This document shows positions 8,344 through 16,195 of a DNA stretch of 32,000 nt, one piece after another. Both the position numbers and the translations under genes were made by a program. Source of the DNA: Paenibacillus apiarius (GTDB taxonomy: Bacteria; Bacillota; Bacilli; Paenibacillales; Paenibacillaceae); the NCBI RefSeq assembly GCF_026794045.1, contig NZ_JAMDLW010000016.1. The stretch is one strand, 5' to 3'. Every line of letters starts with the position of its first letter. The stretch's first letter is position 1. The notes beneath the pieces were generated by a model. That model ran no database searches. It saw nothing but the letters and a program-made list of their open reading frames with translations, and was not told where the DNA came from.

Positions 8344-8580
8344 AATTTTGATCTTCTTCAACTAACGCCCCTGATAGTTTAAGTGCAATGCTTCTTTTTT
8401 TGGAATAAGAAAAGGCATCCTTCGTATTAAAGAATCACACCGTAGCTGAAGCTAAAGAAGATAATTACTCCTCCAATAATAATAAAAATTGTTACAAATA
8501 AATTAATCATACCCCATAATATTAATTTCTTTGAAATTATTAAGTTGCCTTAGGAATCAACTATGATTAGATTGACTCCT

Positions 8581-8679
8581 TCTTCAGCTTACAGACCACA
8601 TAGTTGGTTGCTTGGGGCTTGTCAAGTGTTTTCCTTTACAAGTTCCAGGCATACCAACTATCATTGCCAAAGCTGAAGA
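8581..8679. other. About 100-nt rod-like nested hairpin (possible structured RNA; strand unknown)
   Basis: Three nested perfect helices: 8581-8590/8670-8679 (10 bp), 8600-8608/8653-8661 (9 bp) and 8618-8622/8638-8642 (5 bp). Confidence 0.35.
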
Positions 8680-8740
8680 GGATGCTTTTTTCTAATGTCT
8701 ATTTGACAGGGGTATATCCAATGGAGAGGTGCTTTTTTAA

Positions 8741-9439
8741 TTATTTCTTTTTATAAATATACCCAATGAACTCGTTGTACTCATTATAAAGTTGAAAGCA
8801 AATTTCGCACTCAATAATTAAATTAGCTGGCCTAAAACACTTCTGAACGTTATTTGTTGCCCATACGTGGAAATTACCACCTTGAAAGCTGATTTTTACT
8901 CCGGCTTCATCATAGTATGGTTCAATTTCTGTTACAGCAGTTGCTATAAAAAGTCCGTGCTTATATACGTGAAAAATCATTTCGGAAGGATTTGTACTAA
9001 ACACAAAATCTTTAAATTCCTCGTAATCAGATTCCCCTGTATACTTTTGCTCTACGCTGAAATATTTTTCGATAATTTCACGAAACAAAGCTGATTTAGT
9101 TAGGTCATTTTCCTCCATTGTTTCATAAATTTTTTTCCAAGTCTCATCTTCAAGGGTAATAGATACCTTTTTAGTTGTACCTAATGCTGGCCGGCCAACA
9201 GCTTTCTTTCCTTCCCCTGTTAAGACTCCTTTGTTTTGAAAACGATAAACAGCTACTTCTTCACCAACAAAATAGACTTTCATCACTATACAACTACCGT
9301 CATCATCTAAGAAAAATTCATGAGATATATCTTCTTTATTATTAGCGAATGAATAATGTTGAGCAAGTTCTTGATCCATAACCTTAAAATCAATATCATC
9401 CATCCCTTGATAAGCATCAATTTTTGAGATTCTTTTCAT
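8741..9439 (-). CDS. Hypothetical protein with central ribbon-helix-helix-like segment
   Basis: Intact 232-aa ORF in AT-rich DNA. The central GRPALGTTKKVSITLEDETWKKIYETMEENDLTKSALFREIIEKYF resembles CopG/RHH DNA-binding motifs. I do not recognise the flanking domains. Confidence 0.55.
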   Translation of the reverse strand: MKRISKIDAYQGMDDIDFKVMDQELAQHYSFANNKEDISHEFFLDDDGSCIVMKVYFVGEEVAVYRFQNKGVLTGEGKKAVGRPALGTTKKVSITLEDETWKKIYETMEENDLTKSALFREIIEKYFSVEQKYTGESDYEEFKDFVFSTNPSEMIFHVYKHGLFIATAVTEIEPYYDEAGVKISFQGGNFHVWATNNVQKCFRPANLIIECEICFQLYNEYNEFIGYIYKKK

Positions 9440-9594
9440 TTCTGGCTTCCCCTCAACAATTTAAGTTACTTTTATTATAAAATTTAAGTTACTTAAATTC
9501 AAGAATTTTCCTAAGAGGTCCAAAATACCCACTTATCTGCTACTTTGCGGTCTATGCCAGCAATCCTGTGACTAGGCCTTTTTGGGGTAGCACG

Positions 9595-9628
9595 ATACCA
9601 TTTTTTTAGGGAGTAAAAAAAATGGTAT
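9595..9628. repeat. A/T-only perfect hairpin inside a possible Tn3-family end relic
   Basis: ATACCATTTTTTT agggagt AAAAAAAATGGTAT, immediately after GGGGTAGC (9584-9591). Confidence 0.4.
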
Positions 9629-9679
9629 GTAAGTGCGCCTTTCAAGTTTTGGGATAAAAAAAATTCATTCAATACGTAC

Positions 9680-10156
9680 CTACCTGTGCCTTTTAAATAT
9701 AAAGATAATGAAAAATATTGCACAAGAAGTTAACACCAAGGCAAATAAATTTATAAATTTATTCGTCCTGTGTTTTAGAATCTTGAATAATAGCTCATAA
9801 ATACCAATACCGATTGTACCTCCAAGTGTATTGGCCAGTATATCAGTAATATCACTTCTTCCGATTGCTAAAACAAATTGTATAATCTCAAATGCCAGAG
9901 TAAAACCAATAATTGAAAGAAGTTTTTTCATAAAAGACCACTTACTTTTCAACATGCAAATATATATACCCAAAGGTACAAAAATCCTTATATTGTTATA
10001 CACCTCAGAAAAGACAGACTCATTAAGTGGAATCATATTAATTACTCGCACTCTTTCTATTTGATCAAAAGAAAACTGTAACTTAAAAAGAACTAACCAA
10101 ATAAGTGCTAATACATAGATTATGAATAATACGAATGTCAATTTTTTATTTTCCAA
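9680..10156 (-). CDS. vanZ: VanZ family protein, Tn1546 VanZ-like
   Basis: TTG start with a TGGAGGAG RBS, 158 aa. Motifs LIWLVLFKLQ, IFVPLG and FEIIQFVLAIGRSDITDILANTLGG match the VanZ family and my memory of Tn1546 VanZ. The DNA is AT-rich. Confidence 0.8.
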   Translation of the reverse strand: MENKKLTFVLFIIYVLALIWLVLFKLQFSFDQIERVRVINMIPLNESVFSEVYNNIRIFVPLGIYICMLKSKWSFMKKLLSIIGFTLAFEIIQFVLAIGRSDITDILANTLGGTIGIGIYELLFKILKHRTNKFINLFALVLTSCAIFFIIFIFKRHR

Positions 10157-10310
10157 TATTTCTCCTCCAATTTCTTGTCACGCCACCCTGAAACAATGCT
10201 GGTTCGCTTATGGGCATCTCTAAAAACTCACGTTTGCTATGTTCGGCTAGTTGTTGTTGATACTCTCTCCGTTTTTCTTCGGAACGCTCCCAATAAGCTG
10301 TTATTTTCAT
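10146..10310 (-). pseudogene. Possible IS630-family transposase fragment
   Basis: MKITAYWERSEEKRREYQQQLAEHSKREFLEMPISEPALFQ resembles the K..Y.ER.EEKR..F...L....E.L.F.DE.G segment of IS630-type transposases. No catalytic part is present. Confidence 0.25.
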
Positions 10311-10414
10311 ATGAAAAAGCAGCTCAAAGCTGTCTTTTTTTTCTAAAAAGTTATGCTTTAGCATTAAAGTCGTTTAAAAACCTAAGTTTTATTCCGCAAT
10401 CGCGTCCGATTTTA

Positions 10415-10933
10415 TCAGGCAGGTTTCCCATTCGGAACACTGGATGCCGCGGTCGTTAGCCTAGCGCACAGCGCATAAACGACAAAACCGATGGAGCCTC
10501 CGGTGGAATTCAAAATGAGGTCGTCGACGTCGAATGTTCCGATCGAAAATAAAACTTGTGTGTAATCTAACACGAGACTTACGCCCAAGGAGCTCCAAAA
10601 CGACCCTGCCAACGTCAGTTTGCCGGATTTCGCCAGAACACCGAGGAAAATGCCTAAAGGGACGAAGATCCCAACATTTCCAATCAAGTTCAAAAGGCTG
10701 TGCCCCGACATCGAATCACTCGCCCTGGAAATTTCCTTCAAATGGATCAGATTGTCGGCATGAAGCCGGGCGGCAATACATTCCGGGTTGGTTGAGTTTC
10801 GCATTAGCCGTACCCATAGAAACTCGACGTCTGTCGAGCCAAACTTGAGCACGATGAATTTGAATAATGCGTACATATAGGAGGCAAAAAATGCCCGAAC
10901 AACCCAATTCTTCAACCTGCTTCCGCCGTTCAT
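10415..10933 (-). CDS. VanZ-like family membrane protein (divergent, GC-richer paralogue)
   Basis: GGAGAGGAACGG RBS. NLIGNVGIFVPLGIFLG and DVDDLILNSTGGSIGFVVY fit VanZ-family motifs. It lies 35 nt downstream of vanY on the same strand. Confidence 0.7.
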   Translation of the reverse strand: MNGGSRLKNWVVRAFFASYMYALFKFIVLKFGSTDVEFLWVRLMRNSTNPECIAARLHADNLIHLKEISRASDSMSGHSLLNLIGNVGIFVPLGIFLGVLAKSGKLTLAGSFWSSLGVSLVLDYTQVLFSIGTFDVDDLILNSTGGSIGFVVYALCARLTTAASSVPNGKPA

Positions 10934-10968
10934 CCGTTCCTCTCCGCCCGAGCCTTGTCCGTCGGAAC

Positions 10969-11859
10969 TTAGTCTCGCTTACCAGAATACACTGTCACAA
11001 TCACGCCATCCATATTGTTGCCTGAAATTTCATACTGGCCATTCGCAGGCACAGGGATCGTTGTATTTTGGGAGATAGGATAGTAAAAGATTTTATAGAC
11101 TTGGTGGTCTATTGTAGTCGTAATGGACTTCTGTTCCTTCAAAAAATCCATATATTCTTCTAGAGCGAAATTCTTTTCTTTCATAATCGCGCTGTGAGGG
11201 AAACCAACATAACGGATATGCCATGGTTCATATTGAATTCCAGTAACATCAGTTTTATCCTTTGGATAACGTAATATAAAGCCGTATTTCCAGGCATTTT
11301 CTTTCAGCCACTTTCCTTCAGGTGCCCGATCCATTTTCGTTAAGCTTGATCCTACATCAAGTGATAAGCCTGAATTATGTTCACTATAACCTGCTGGCAA
11401 GGCATAATCAGCCCCCATTTCTTGGTAAAGCACACTTTGCTCATCAAAGTCACGATAGCCACTATTAATAATAAATTGACTAACCCCTTCCTTTACAGCA
11501 TCATTGACCATCTCTGTAAATTTTTGTGCTATTCCTTTTGACAGATAAATATTCGTATCAAGCAACCCATATCCCTTTACCAATTCATTATGTTTAGATA
11601 AATTTACGATATCTGATTTCACACTTTCTTGGCGAACAGGATATTTACTGTTGATTAAGAGCAGATTTCCTTGATAAATCTGTTCTTTTGTAATCGTTTT
11701 TGTTTGGGTACTTCCAGAAGTCCCTCTTTTATCTAAATGATCTTTGTGATTTTGATCATATTTTTGAATTTCTACTTTATCCTGAAAAAACGGTGTTTTA
11801 TTAATGAAGGCAAAACCTAAGCACAATAAAAATAACAATAAAAAACCCCACTTCTTCAT
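10969..11859 (-). CDS. vanY: VanY D,D-carboxypeptidase
   Basis: I trimmed the track ORF to ATG at 11859 (GAAAGGAGGAA RBS), giving MKKWGFLLLFLL. Long matches to Tn1546 VanY as I recall it include QGNLLLINSKYPVRQESVKSDIVNLSKH, INSGYRDFDEQSVLYQEMGA, YALPAGYSEHNSGLSLDVGS and YEPWHIRYVG. Confidence 0.9.
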   Translation of the reverse strand: MKKWGFLLLFLLCLGFAFINKTPFFQDKVEIQKYDQNHKDHLDKRGTSGSTQTKTITKEQIYQGNLLLINSKYPVRQESVKSDIVNLSKHNELVKGYGLLDTNIYLSKGIAQKFTEMVNDAVKEGVSQFIINSGYRDFDEQSVLYQEMGADYALPAGYSEHNSGLSLDVGSSLTKMDRAPEGKWLKENAWKYGFILRYPKDKTDVTGIQYEPWHIRYVGFPHSAIMKEKNFALEEYMDFLKEQKSITTTIDHQVYKIFYYPISQNTTIPVPANGQYEISGNNMDGVIVTVYSGKRD

Positions 11860-12084
11860 TTTCAGTTTCCTCCTTTCTCGAGGCCGGCCACGGACAGAGA
11901 AAGGCTGCGGCTGCAGAGCGCCTCCAGGATATGGCCGGCAAGGGCGGCCTGTTCCTCCCGGTACCCAGCGGAACTGGAGCAATTCATCCGCGAATTGCTG
12001 GCCTGCGGCGAACGTGAGCAGAAGATTGCGATTACCACGACCCGAAGCCTTCTGCGGGCGCTGCGGCAAGATGAGCCTGAAAAA

Positions 12085-12318
12085 CAAGACTGAACGAATA
12101 GATGGGCGGTACTCCACACCGCCTGTTTGCTCCGCAATTTCACAGGCGGTTATTTCGGCCTCGCCGGATTTGCCTATAATGACCGCAATATCGCCCTGCC
12201 TTACATCTTCTTCAATACTATCTACTATATATAAATTCCCTACAAACCAGTTGCAAACGACGGTTTCCGTGCCGAAAGAGATAGCATTATATAGGTTGCC
12301 CGTGCAACGGTTAAAAGC
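12085..12318 (-). pseudogene. Alanine/serine racemase C-terminal relic
   Basis: The frame directly after the vanX stop reads ...FGTETVVCNWFVGNLYIVDSIEEDVRQGDIAVIIGKSGEAEITACEIAEQTGGVEYRPSIRSV. This parallels the Alr C-terminal pattern PIVGRICMD..D....GD.V.LIG.QG.E.IT..E.AE..GTI.YE......RV. It has no start and no N-terminal barrel. Confidence 0.45.
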
Positions 12319-12927
12319 TTATTTAACGGAGAAATCAAAATAGCTCTTGGGGTATGGTTCGTTTCTTAATACATAGTGCCACCATTCGAAGCTATATGGT
12401 TCAAACCCACTGTTTTCCATGATGGAACGCAAACGTCTGCGATTTTGCGCTTCCATGCTTGCAATCCCTTTTGCCGCATGGTGTGAACGCTCATCCATAA
12501 AATCAAATCCGCTCCCCATTGGTACAAGCTCACCCGTGTCTAATCGATAAAGCGTAAGATCAATTGCGCTTCCGCGGCTATGGCTTGATTTTGAAGCCAC
12601 GTATCCTTTTGAAACCATTTCGGTTCGCTCGATATTCGGATAGTATCTTTCTTTTGTGAGGTTGTCTTCCGGTTGTTCGGACCAACGCAGGAAGCAATCT
12701 ACCGCACGTTTGGGCCGATACCCGTCCCATAACAGCAAACCGTACCCAAGAGCCGCCGCTTGCTTCTGCGCCTTCAGCAGCGCAAGGGCTAAGGCATGTG
12801 TTCCCACTATGCGATTGACCTCATATCCGTCTACTGGTTTCCCTGTGAAATTGTCCCATGTGGCATATTTGGCGTCCCAGCGAACACCGTGCAATATTTC
12901 ATCTAAAAAAACAAATCCCTTTTCCAT
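12319..12927 (-). CDS. vanX: VanX D-Ala-D-Ala dipeptidase
   Basis: ATG at 12927 (AAAGGGGTGA RBS, 5 nt after the vanA stop) gives 202 aa. Matches include LDEI.HGVRWDAKYATWDNFTGKPVDGYEVNRIVGT, SKSSHSRGSAIDLTLYRLDTGELVPMGS and EWWHYVL. Confidence 0.95.
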   Translation of the reverse strand: MEKGFVFLDEILHGVRWDAKYATWDNFTGKPVDGYEVNRIVGTHALALALLKAQKQAAALGYGLLLWDGYRPKRAVDCFLRWSEQPEDNLTKERYYPNIERTEMVSKGYVASKSSHSRGSAIDLTLYRLDTGELVPMGSGFDFMDERSHHAAKGIASMEAQNRRRLRSIMENSGFEPYSFEWWHYVLRNEPYPKSYFDFSVK

Positions 12928-12932
12928 GCTTA

Positions 12933-13964
12933 TCACCCCTTTAACGCTAATACGATCAGGCGGTCAATCAGTTCGGGAAGCGTTATACCTGCAGCGACCA
13001 TCATACGGGGATAACGGCTGTATGACGTGAAACCGGGCAGGGTATTGACTTCGTTAAGTACAATGCGGCCGTTATCTTGTAAAAACATATCAACACGGGC
13101 AAGACCTCTACAGCCGAGCGCCTTATATATTTTTTTTGCCGTTTTCCGTATCCGTCCTCGCTCCTCTGCCGACAGGTCTGCGGGAATGGTTATAACTGCG
13201 TTTTCAGAGCCTTTTTCCGGCTCGGCTTCCTGATGAATACGAAAGATACCGTGCTGCAGCCTGATTTGGTCCACCTCGCCAACAATCAACTCGGAACTGT
13301 TTCCCAATACGGCACAACCGACCTCACAGCCCAAAACAGCCTGCTCAATTAAGATTTTGCTGTCATATTGTCTTGCCGATTCAATTGCGGCGTCCAATTC
13401 GTCCGCGCCATTGACTTTTTTCACGCCATAGGATGAGCCTGAACGCGCCGGCTTAACAAAAACAGGATAGGTAAACGCATCTGCCGCCGGCCTATCGTCT
13501 TTATTAATAACCCAAAATTCGGGAGTAGCTATGCCATCGTTTTTCGCAATGATGTATGCCAGCGATTTGTCCATACACACCGCCGAGCTTTGAATATCAC
13601 AGCCTACATAGGGGATGCCGGACAATTCAAATAAACCTTGTATGGCGCCGTCTTCACCCGATTTGCCGTGCAAAACCGAAAAGGCCGCATCTATACGCTG
13701 TATTTGATATCCCTTATCCCGCATGACAAGCAGCCCGTGCATTCTTTTGTCCGGAGAAAGCAATGCCGAACGGCAGTTTTCGTTGTCCCAATCCATGCAT
13801 GGCTTTTCGCACATTTTCCAAACGCCGGATCGGGTTATTCCAATGTATATTGGCTCATATTTTTCTGTGTTAATGTTGTTGGCAATCTCTTTCGCTGATT
13901 TTACCGACACATCATGTTCCTCTGAGCAGCCCCCAAACAGGATGGCTATTTTTAATCTATACAA
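12933..13964 (-). CDS. vanA: VanA-type D-alanine--D-lactate ligase
   Basis: TTG at 13964 with a GAGAGGAGAGAG RBS overlaps the vanH stop by 8 nt, the same geometry I recall for Tn1546. The 343-aa protein is collinear with VanA (ILFGGCSEEHDVSVKSA, HGKSGEDG.IQGLFELSGIP, EVGCAVLGN, NEVNTLPGFTSYSRYPRMM). I cannot decide the exact allele type (vanA, vanF or vanM-like) by eye. Confidence 0.93.
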   Translation of the reverse strand: MYRLKIAILFGGCSEEHDVSVKSAKEIANNINTEKYEPIYIGITRSGVWKMCEKPCMDWDNENCRSALLSPDKRMHGLLVMRDKGYQIQRIDAAFSVLHGKSGEDGAIQGLFELSGIPYVGCDIQSSAVCMDKSLAYIIAKNDGIATPEFWVINKDDRPAADAFTYPVFVKPARSGSSYGVKKVNGADELDAAIESARQYDSKILIEQAVLGCEVGCAVLGNSSELIVGEVDQIRLQHGIFRIHQEAEPEKGSENAVITIPADLSAEERGRIRKTAKKIYKALGCRGLARVDMFLQDNGRIVLNEVNTLPGFTSYSRYPRMMVAAGITLPELIDRLIVLALKG

Positions 13965-14925
13965 GTGTCTCTCTCCTCTCAAATTCCAGACAGTTCTTGA
14001 TTGTATTTTCAACGGTATCACGCAACGCCTGTTCGGTATAGTAAGCCGTATGCGGCGTGATTATCACGTTCGGCATCCTTTGAAGTTTCAGTAAAAATTG
14101 ATTATCAATTGGTTTTTGTGTGCAATCAAAGTAGAAAAGCCCTTCCTCTCCCTCCAATACATCCAATGCGGCGCCGCCCAGTTTTCCTTTTTCCAATGCT
14201 TTAACCAGCACATCGGTATCTATAAGCCCGCCTCGCGCTGTATTGATAAGAAACGCGCCCTGTTTCATTGCTTTAATCTGTTCGCGACCGATCATATGGT
14301 ATGTGTCCGCGCTAAGCGGTACGTGAAAGGTAAGAATGTCGCTTTTTTGCAGCAATTCATTGAGGGACACATAATTTGCCGCCGCATCTTTGTCGTGACC
14401 ATACGCCAGCACATGACATCCAAATCCCCGCAGTCGCTCAATAACCGCCTTGCCTATATGACCGGTTCCCAGCACGCCGACTGTCATGTCGCGCAGTACC
14501 TTGCCACGGACGCTGTACAGCCTGAAATCATGTTTTTCCACAGAGCGCACAATAGATTTCGCGTTGCGTACTGCCATGAGCATCAGCATCAATGTATAAT
14601 CGGCAACGCTATCCGGTGAATATGCCACGTTCCCGACAGCAATACCCATACTTTCCGCGGCCTTCATGTCTATGTGATTGTAACCAATACTTCGAGTAGA
14701 GATATATTTGACGCCGGATTCCTTCAACGCAAGAAGAATGGATTCGGAAATCTCAGATTTGTGCCCCACGCTGATACATTGATTTCCAGGGGCTAACATT
14801 ACGTTGGTTTCTGATACGGCAGAGCTTGTAATGGCAGGTATAACGCCAAAGCGCGGCGAAAGTTCCTTGAACACATCAGCCTCATCCTGCTCACATCCAT
14901 AGATGGTAATGCCGATGTTTTTCAT
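13957..14925 (-). CDS. vanH: VanH D-lactate (2-hydroxyacid) dehydrogenase
   Basis: I chose the start at ATG 14925 (MKNIGITIYGCEQDEAD, collinear with VanH MNNIGITVYGC). The alternative ATG at 14937 abuts the SD sequence. NAD-binding motif GVLGTGHIGKAV. The C-terminus reads ITPHTAYYTEQALRDTVE.TIKNCL.FERR. Confidence 0.93.
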   Translation of the reverse strand: MKNIGITIYGCEQDEADVFKELSPRFGVIPAITSSAVSETNVMLAPGNQCISVGHKSEISESILLALKESGVKYISTRSIGYNHIDMKAAESMGIAVGNVAYSPDSVADYTLMLMLMAVRNAKSIVRSVEKHDFRLYSVRGKVLRDMTVGVLGTGHIGKAVIERLRGFGCHVLAYGHDKDAAANYVSLNELLQKSDILTFHVPLSADTYHMIGREQIKAMKQGAFLINTARGGLIDTDVLVKALEKGKLGGAALDVLEGEEGLFYFDCTQKPIDNQFLLKLQRMPNVIITPHTAYYTEQALRDTVENTIKNCLEFERRETLV

Positions 14926-15231
14926 AATTAAGACCATTCCTTTCTGCGAAAGGCACCAATAAGAAATAAAACGGGGATGCCGATCGCGGTAAATTGAAAC
15001 ATATCTACAACATTCTCAAAAAGAATGAACCTTACAATCCTGACCTCTACCGCAGCGGACAAGCCGCCCGCTCACCGTGAGGTTTCTGTGGATGAGGCCA
15101 TCTTTATCCTTCAGCGGCAGGGTTATTTAATTACAGCTCCTGCCACTTGATTCCAGGCCTTTTTTCAAGGCCGCTGTCCGGCGGTCTGCTTTGTTGTACC
15201 GTTTTTCGATTCCGGCTAATTCGTAATTGTT

Positions 15232-16047
15232 TCAAACTTTTTTCGCCTCCTTGATTTCCACGTTCTCCGGCAGGGGATAGCAGATTTTACATTTGTTAGT
15301 GTAAAGCGGCTTTTGTCCTGTTATTTCGCCGGTGTCCGAGTCAATTTCCGCTCTCTCAACCTTGACGGATTCATAAATCCCGCCGCTTTCGCGGGAATAC
15401 TCAATGCCGCCGTTTGCAACTCTGTACAGCACTTGGGGCCGCTTGTCCACGAACACCGTCCCTATGATGTTTTCATCATCGAACGCCACTGAAATTTGAT
15501 ATGTGCAATCGGTATCGTTTCGCGCCTTTAAGTCAATCCATCCCTCGGAGATTGTTGCGTCCACCCCTTTGATCTCGTCACTGTTTGGTTCGGGAAACTC
15601 CTTGACCTCGTGGCCGCTCCGCTCGGTGACCGTCAGCGGCGTGTGCAGAAACATCCAAAACAGCAGATTGCTCATTTGACACAAGCCGCCGCCCGGCGCG
15701 GTAGTGAGTTTGCCATTTGTCACCGTAAGACCGTCTTTATAGGGAATATGCTTGTCCGCATGGCGTACAAGACGCCAAAAGGAAAAGGTTTCGCCCGGTC
15801 TTATCAAAAGGCCGTTCAGTGTCTTTGCCGCCAGCTTCAGGTTAAACACCTTGTTTTCCTGATACGCCATATCAAAGCCGGTATTGCCGTTGTATAACGC
15901 GCAGCCCGCTTCAAAGAGCTTATAAGGAAGCTGCTTCCCGTCAATGGTTTCCGCGTAGCGGCGGCCATCAAACCGCATCCCGGCATAAAAACACATTTTC
16001 CGCTGCATTACCCTGACTGGCAACAGGAAAGGGAATATTTGTGTCAC
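15232..16047 (-). CDS. vanW: VanW family protein (vancomycin B-type resistance accessory protein)
   Basis: Collinear with VanW of vanB clusters as I recall it (FPFLLP, QRK.CFYAGMRFDG, NTGFDM.YQENKVFNLKLAAKTLNGLLI.PGETFSFWRLVRHADK, GGG.CQMSNLLFW.FLHTPLT, EFPEPNSDEIKGVDATISEGWIDLK.RNDTDCTYQI). The first canonical start is GTG 16047. Confidence 0.85.
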   Translation of the reverse strand: MTQIFPFLLPVRVMQRKMCFYAGMRFDGRRYAETIDGKQLPYKLFEAGCALYNGNTGFDMAYQENKVFNLKLAAKTLNGLLIRPGETFSFWRLVRHADKHIPYKDGLTVTNGKLTTAPGGGLCQMSNLLFWMFLHTPLTVTERSGHEVKEFPEPNSDEIKGVDATISEGWIDLKARNDTDCTYQISVAFDDENIIGTVFVDKRPQVLYRVANGGIEYSRESGGIYESVKVERAEIDSDTGEITGQKPLYTNKCKICYPLPENVEIKEAKKV

Positions 16048-16124
16048 TCTTTTTCTACCTATGTGAGCACCTGCCTTGTATTTTAATCCACGTATAACTT
16101 GTCATATCCTTCTCTGGCGAAACG

Positions 16125-16179
16125 AAAAAAGCCCGTTCTTACGGTTTTAAGTCTACCGCGTAAGAACGAGCCGTTTTTT
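16125..16179. terminator. Bidirectional intrinsic-terminator-like hairpin between vanS and vanW
   Basis: A6 - CGTTCTTACG (16134-16143) - 15-nt loop - CGTAAGAACG (16159-16168) - T6. Either strand gives a stem followed by a U-run. Confidence 0.55.
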
Positions 16180-16195
16180 AATATTAAATTGTTAA

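Noticed and set aside
8427-8510. 27-codon hydrophobic ORF MINLFVTIFIIIGGVIIFFSFSYGVIL as a type I toxin
   Set aside because: The only purine-rich stretch (GGGG) is 1 nt from the ATG. There is no charged tail, no obvious antisense partner and no terminator. I mention it under the spacer finding but do not call it a gene.
10315-10342. Terminator between the two vanZ-family genes (AAAAAGCAGCTcaaAGCTGTCTTTTTTTT)
   Set aside because: Only a 5-bp uninterrupted stem (CAGCT/AGCTG) with a 3-nt loop is present. That is too weak to call, although A-runs and T-runs flank it.
11860-12117. N-terminal 86-codon extension of vanY in the ORF track (GTG 12117)
   Set aside because: A strong GAAAGGAGGAA RBS precedes ATG 11859, and the VanY signal-anchor MKKWGFLLLFLL starts there. 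The extension is open GC-rich spacer and racemase relic, not VanY sequence.
13965-14021. Longer vanA ORF starting at ATG 14021
   Set aside because: It would add 19 residues unrelated to D-Ala-D-X ligases and would lie inside vanH. The TTG at 13964 has a proper SD and reproduces the 8-nt vanH/vanA overlap.
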